A stretch of 64,000 nucleotides of DNA from positions 5,578,302-5,642,301 of the forward strand of contig MU058065.1 of NCBI GenBank assembly GCA_013265495.1. The letters run 5' to 3'. Below the pieces are notes generated by a model. The model made no database searches and was not told the origin of the DNA. It saw only the letters and a list, made by a program, of their open reading frames with translations. Both the position numbers and the translations under genes were made by a program. Shown piece by piece: positions 62,656 to 64,000 of this stretch (positions within the stretch are counted from its first letter, which is position 1; every line of letters starts with the position of its first letter). This DNA comes from Vicugna vicugna. Its lineage: Eukaryota.

Positions 62656-63149
62656 AACAAGTGATTAGAATTGACTGGAGAAATAGGAACCCGACTCTAA
62701 TTAAGGAATTTGCTAATTGCCCTTCTCTCTGCAGACATTACTCCATTCTTGGTCTTTAGCTCTGGCACAGACTTGACCTTAATCATGCTTTCTGCAAAAC
62801 AGCAAGGGTCAGAGAATACTGTTTCTGAGTTACATCTGGCCACAAAATGAATCTCTTCTGTACTTTCCAAAGCCACATCACCAAGCCCTTGGAGCACAGA
62901 GCTGCCCACTGTCCCTGGAAACCATACAAAGAGCTCCCTGTTTTGAATCTGTCCAGAGCCCACCTTCCTGACTCCCCATCCAGGCTTTCCAAGCCTACGT
63001 GCAAACATTAGATGAATGGGTTTTCCTCACCGTCTCCCACTGAGCACTACAGAAGTGAACTCTACTCAAGGGAAAGGGACAATAGTCTGGAGGAAAGAGC
63101 AGAGGAACCTGGATACTCCTGCGTCTCCTCTCTCTACTCTTTACCACCA

Positions 63150-63378
63150 CAAGCGTAGTGGTTAAGGGCACAGGTTCTGGAAGGAGCTGCCTCGGTTCAA
63201 ACTCTGGTTCTGCCACTAGAAGTATCACTTTGGGCCAAAAACTTACCCTCCCCAGACCCCATTTTATTCATCTGAAAAATACAGATAATCGTGCTAGGAC
63301 CTATCTCACAGAGTTGTTGCGAGGGATCGATATAAAATCCATGCAAAAGCACTTAGAATAGTGCCTGGCACATAAGAA
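63150..63378 (+). mobile_element. MIR (near full length)
   Basis: agcgtagtggttaagggcacaggttctgga...ggttcaaactctggttctgccact...ctatctcacagagttgttgcgaggga...aaagcacttagaatagtgcctggcacata. Confidence 0.9.
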
Positions 63379-63559
63379 AAGTGGTTTCCACCACATCACT
63401 TTACCCAGGCTCCAAGTCTGTCTGGTTTTCGTGCCATTTCTAAACAGTTGTCAAGCCTGGTCATTGTGTCACTGAATATCTCCCATCTTCTCGCCTTCCT
63501 CTCCTTTCTCTTTGCCACTACTTGAATGCAGACCCAGAGGCAGAGTCTACCAAGTCCCC

Positions 63560-63900
63560 TACACTCCTTCTCCCCTTTCTCCTTAAAAAACTACCCTCAG
63601 TTTTAGCCAGACATACGGCCGCCCAGCTAAAAGACTCCATTTCCCAGACTTCCCTTCAGTTAGATGTGGCCACGTGACAAGTTCCAGCCAATGAGAAGTC
63701 AGCAAAAGTGCCCTGTGGAGCTTTTGGGAAGTCCCCCTTCAAAGAACACATGGTTTTCTGCACCTTTCCTCTATTTGCTGTGGATCAATATTGATAACAA
63801 TGGCAGCTCCCTAGGGACGGCAAAGCCAAGAGCCATGCTTGAAGACTAAATACCTGCTAACTCTGGAGCTTACACATCAGTTCCTAACTGCTCACCCCCA
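63560..63900 (+). mobile_element. ERVL LTR (LTR16-like)
   Basis: gcccagctaaaagactccatttcccagacttcccttcagttagatgtggccacgtgacaagttccagccaatgagaag. Confidence 0.7.
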
Positions 63901-64000
63901 CTTCAGAAAGCTGAAAGCTGCCAATACAGGCAGAGCAAATTAACCCTGCGTGATACACACCCTATCCTACGTAACACCAAGGGCTTCTGACCCTTCTCCG

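Overview
This is mammalian genomic DNA, most likely from a camelid (alpaca, llama or camel). The lineage call rests on two copies of a tRNA-derived SINE resembling the camelid vic-1 family, young L1 3' ends, and no visible Alu, B1, Bov-tA, PRE-1 or Can-SINE. The window looks intronic or intergenic and is dense in ancient repeats (MIR, L2, CR1/L3, MLT1/MLT2 and ERV LTRs, hAT/Tigger/mariner MITEs, L1M). I recognise no protein-coding gene, RNA gene or prokaryotic-type system. The ORF track is essentially spurious apart from decayed L1 ORF2 fragments. The most informative signals are small structural ones: a 47-bp local templated insertion inside an L1, a five-copy motif array with a perfect hairpin in an ERV LTR, a twin-primed inverted L1, a short probable L1 3' transduction, a (CTG)17 tract grown from a MIR tail, two CpG-retaining candidate regulatory regions (about 41.5-42 kb and 45-46.8 kb), CTCF-like motifs, and a speculative spliced 50-aa micro-ORF. 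Repeat family names come from recalled consensus sequences, not from a RepeatMasker run, and most boundaries are approximate.
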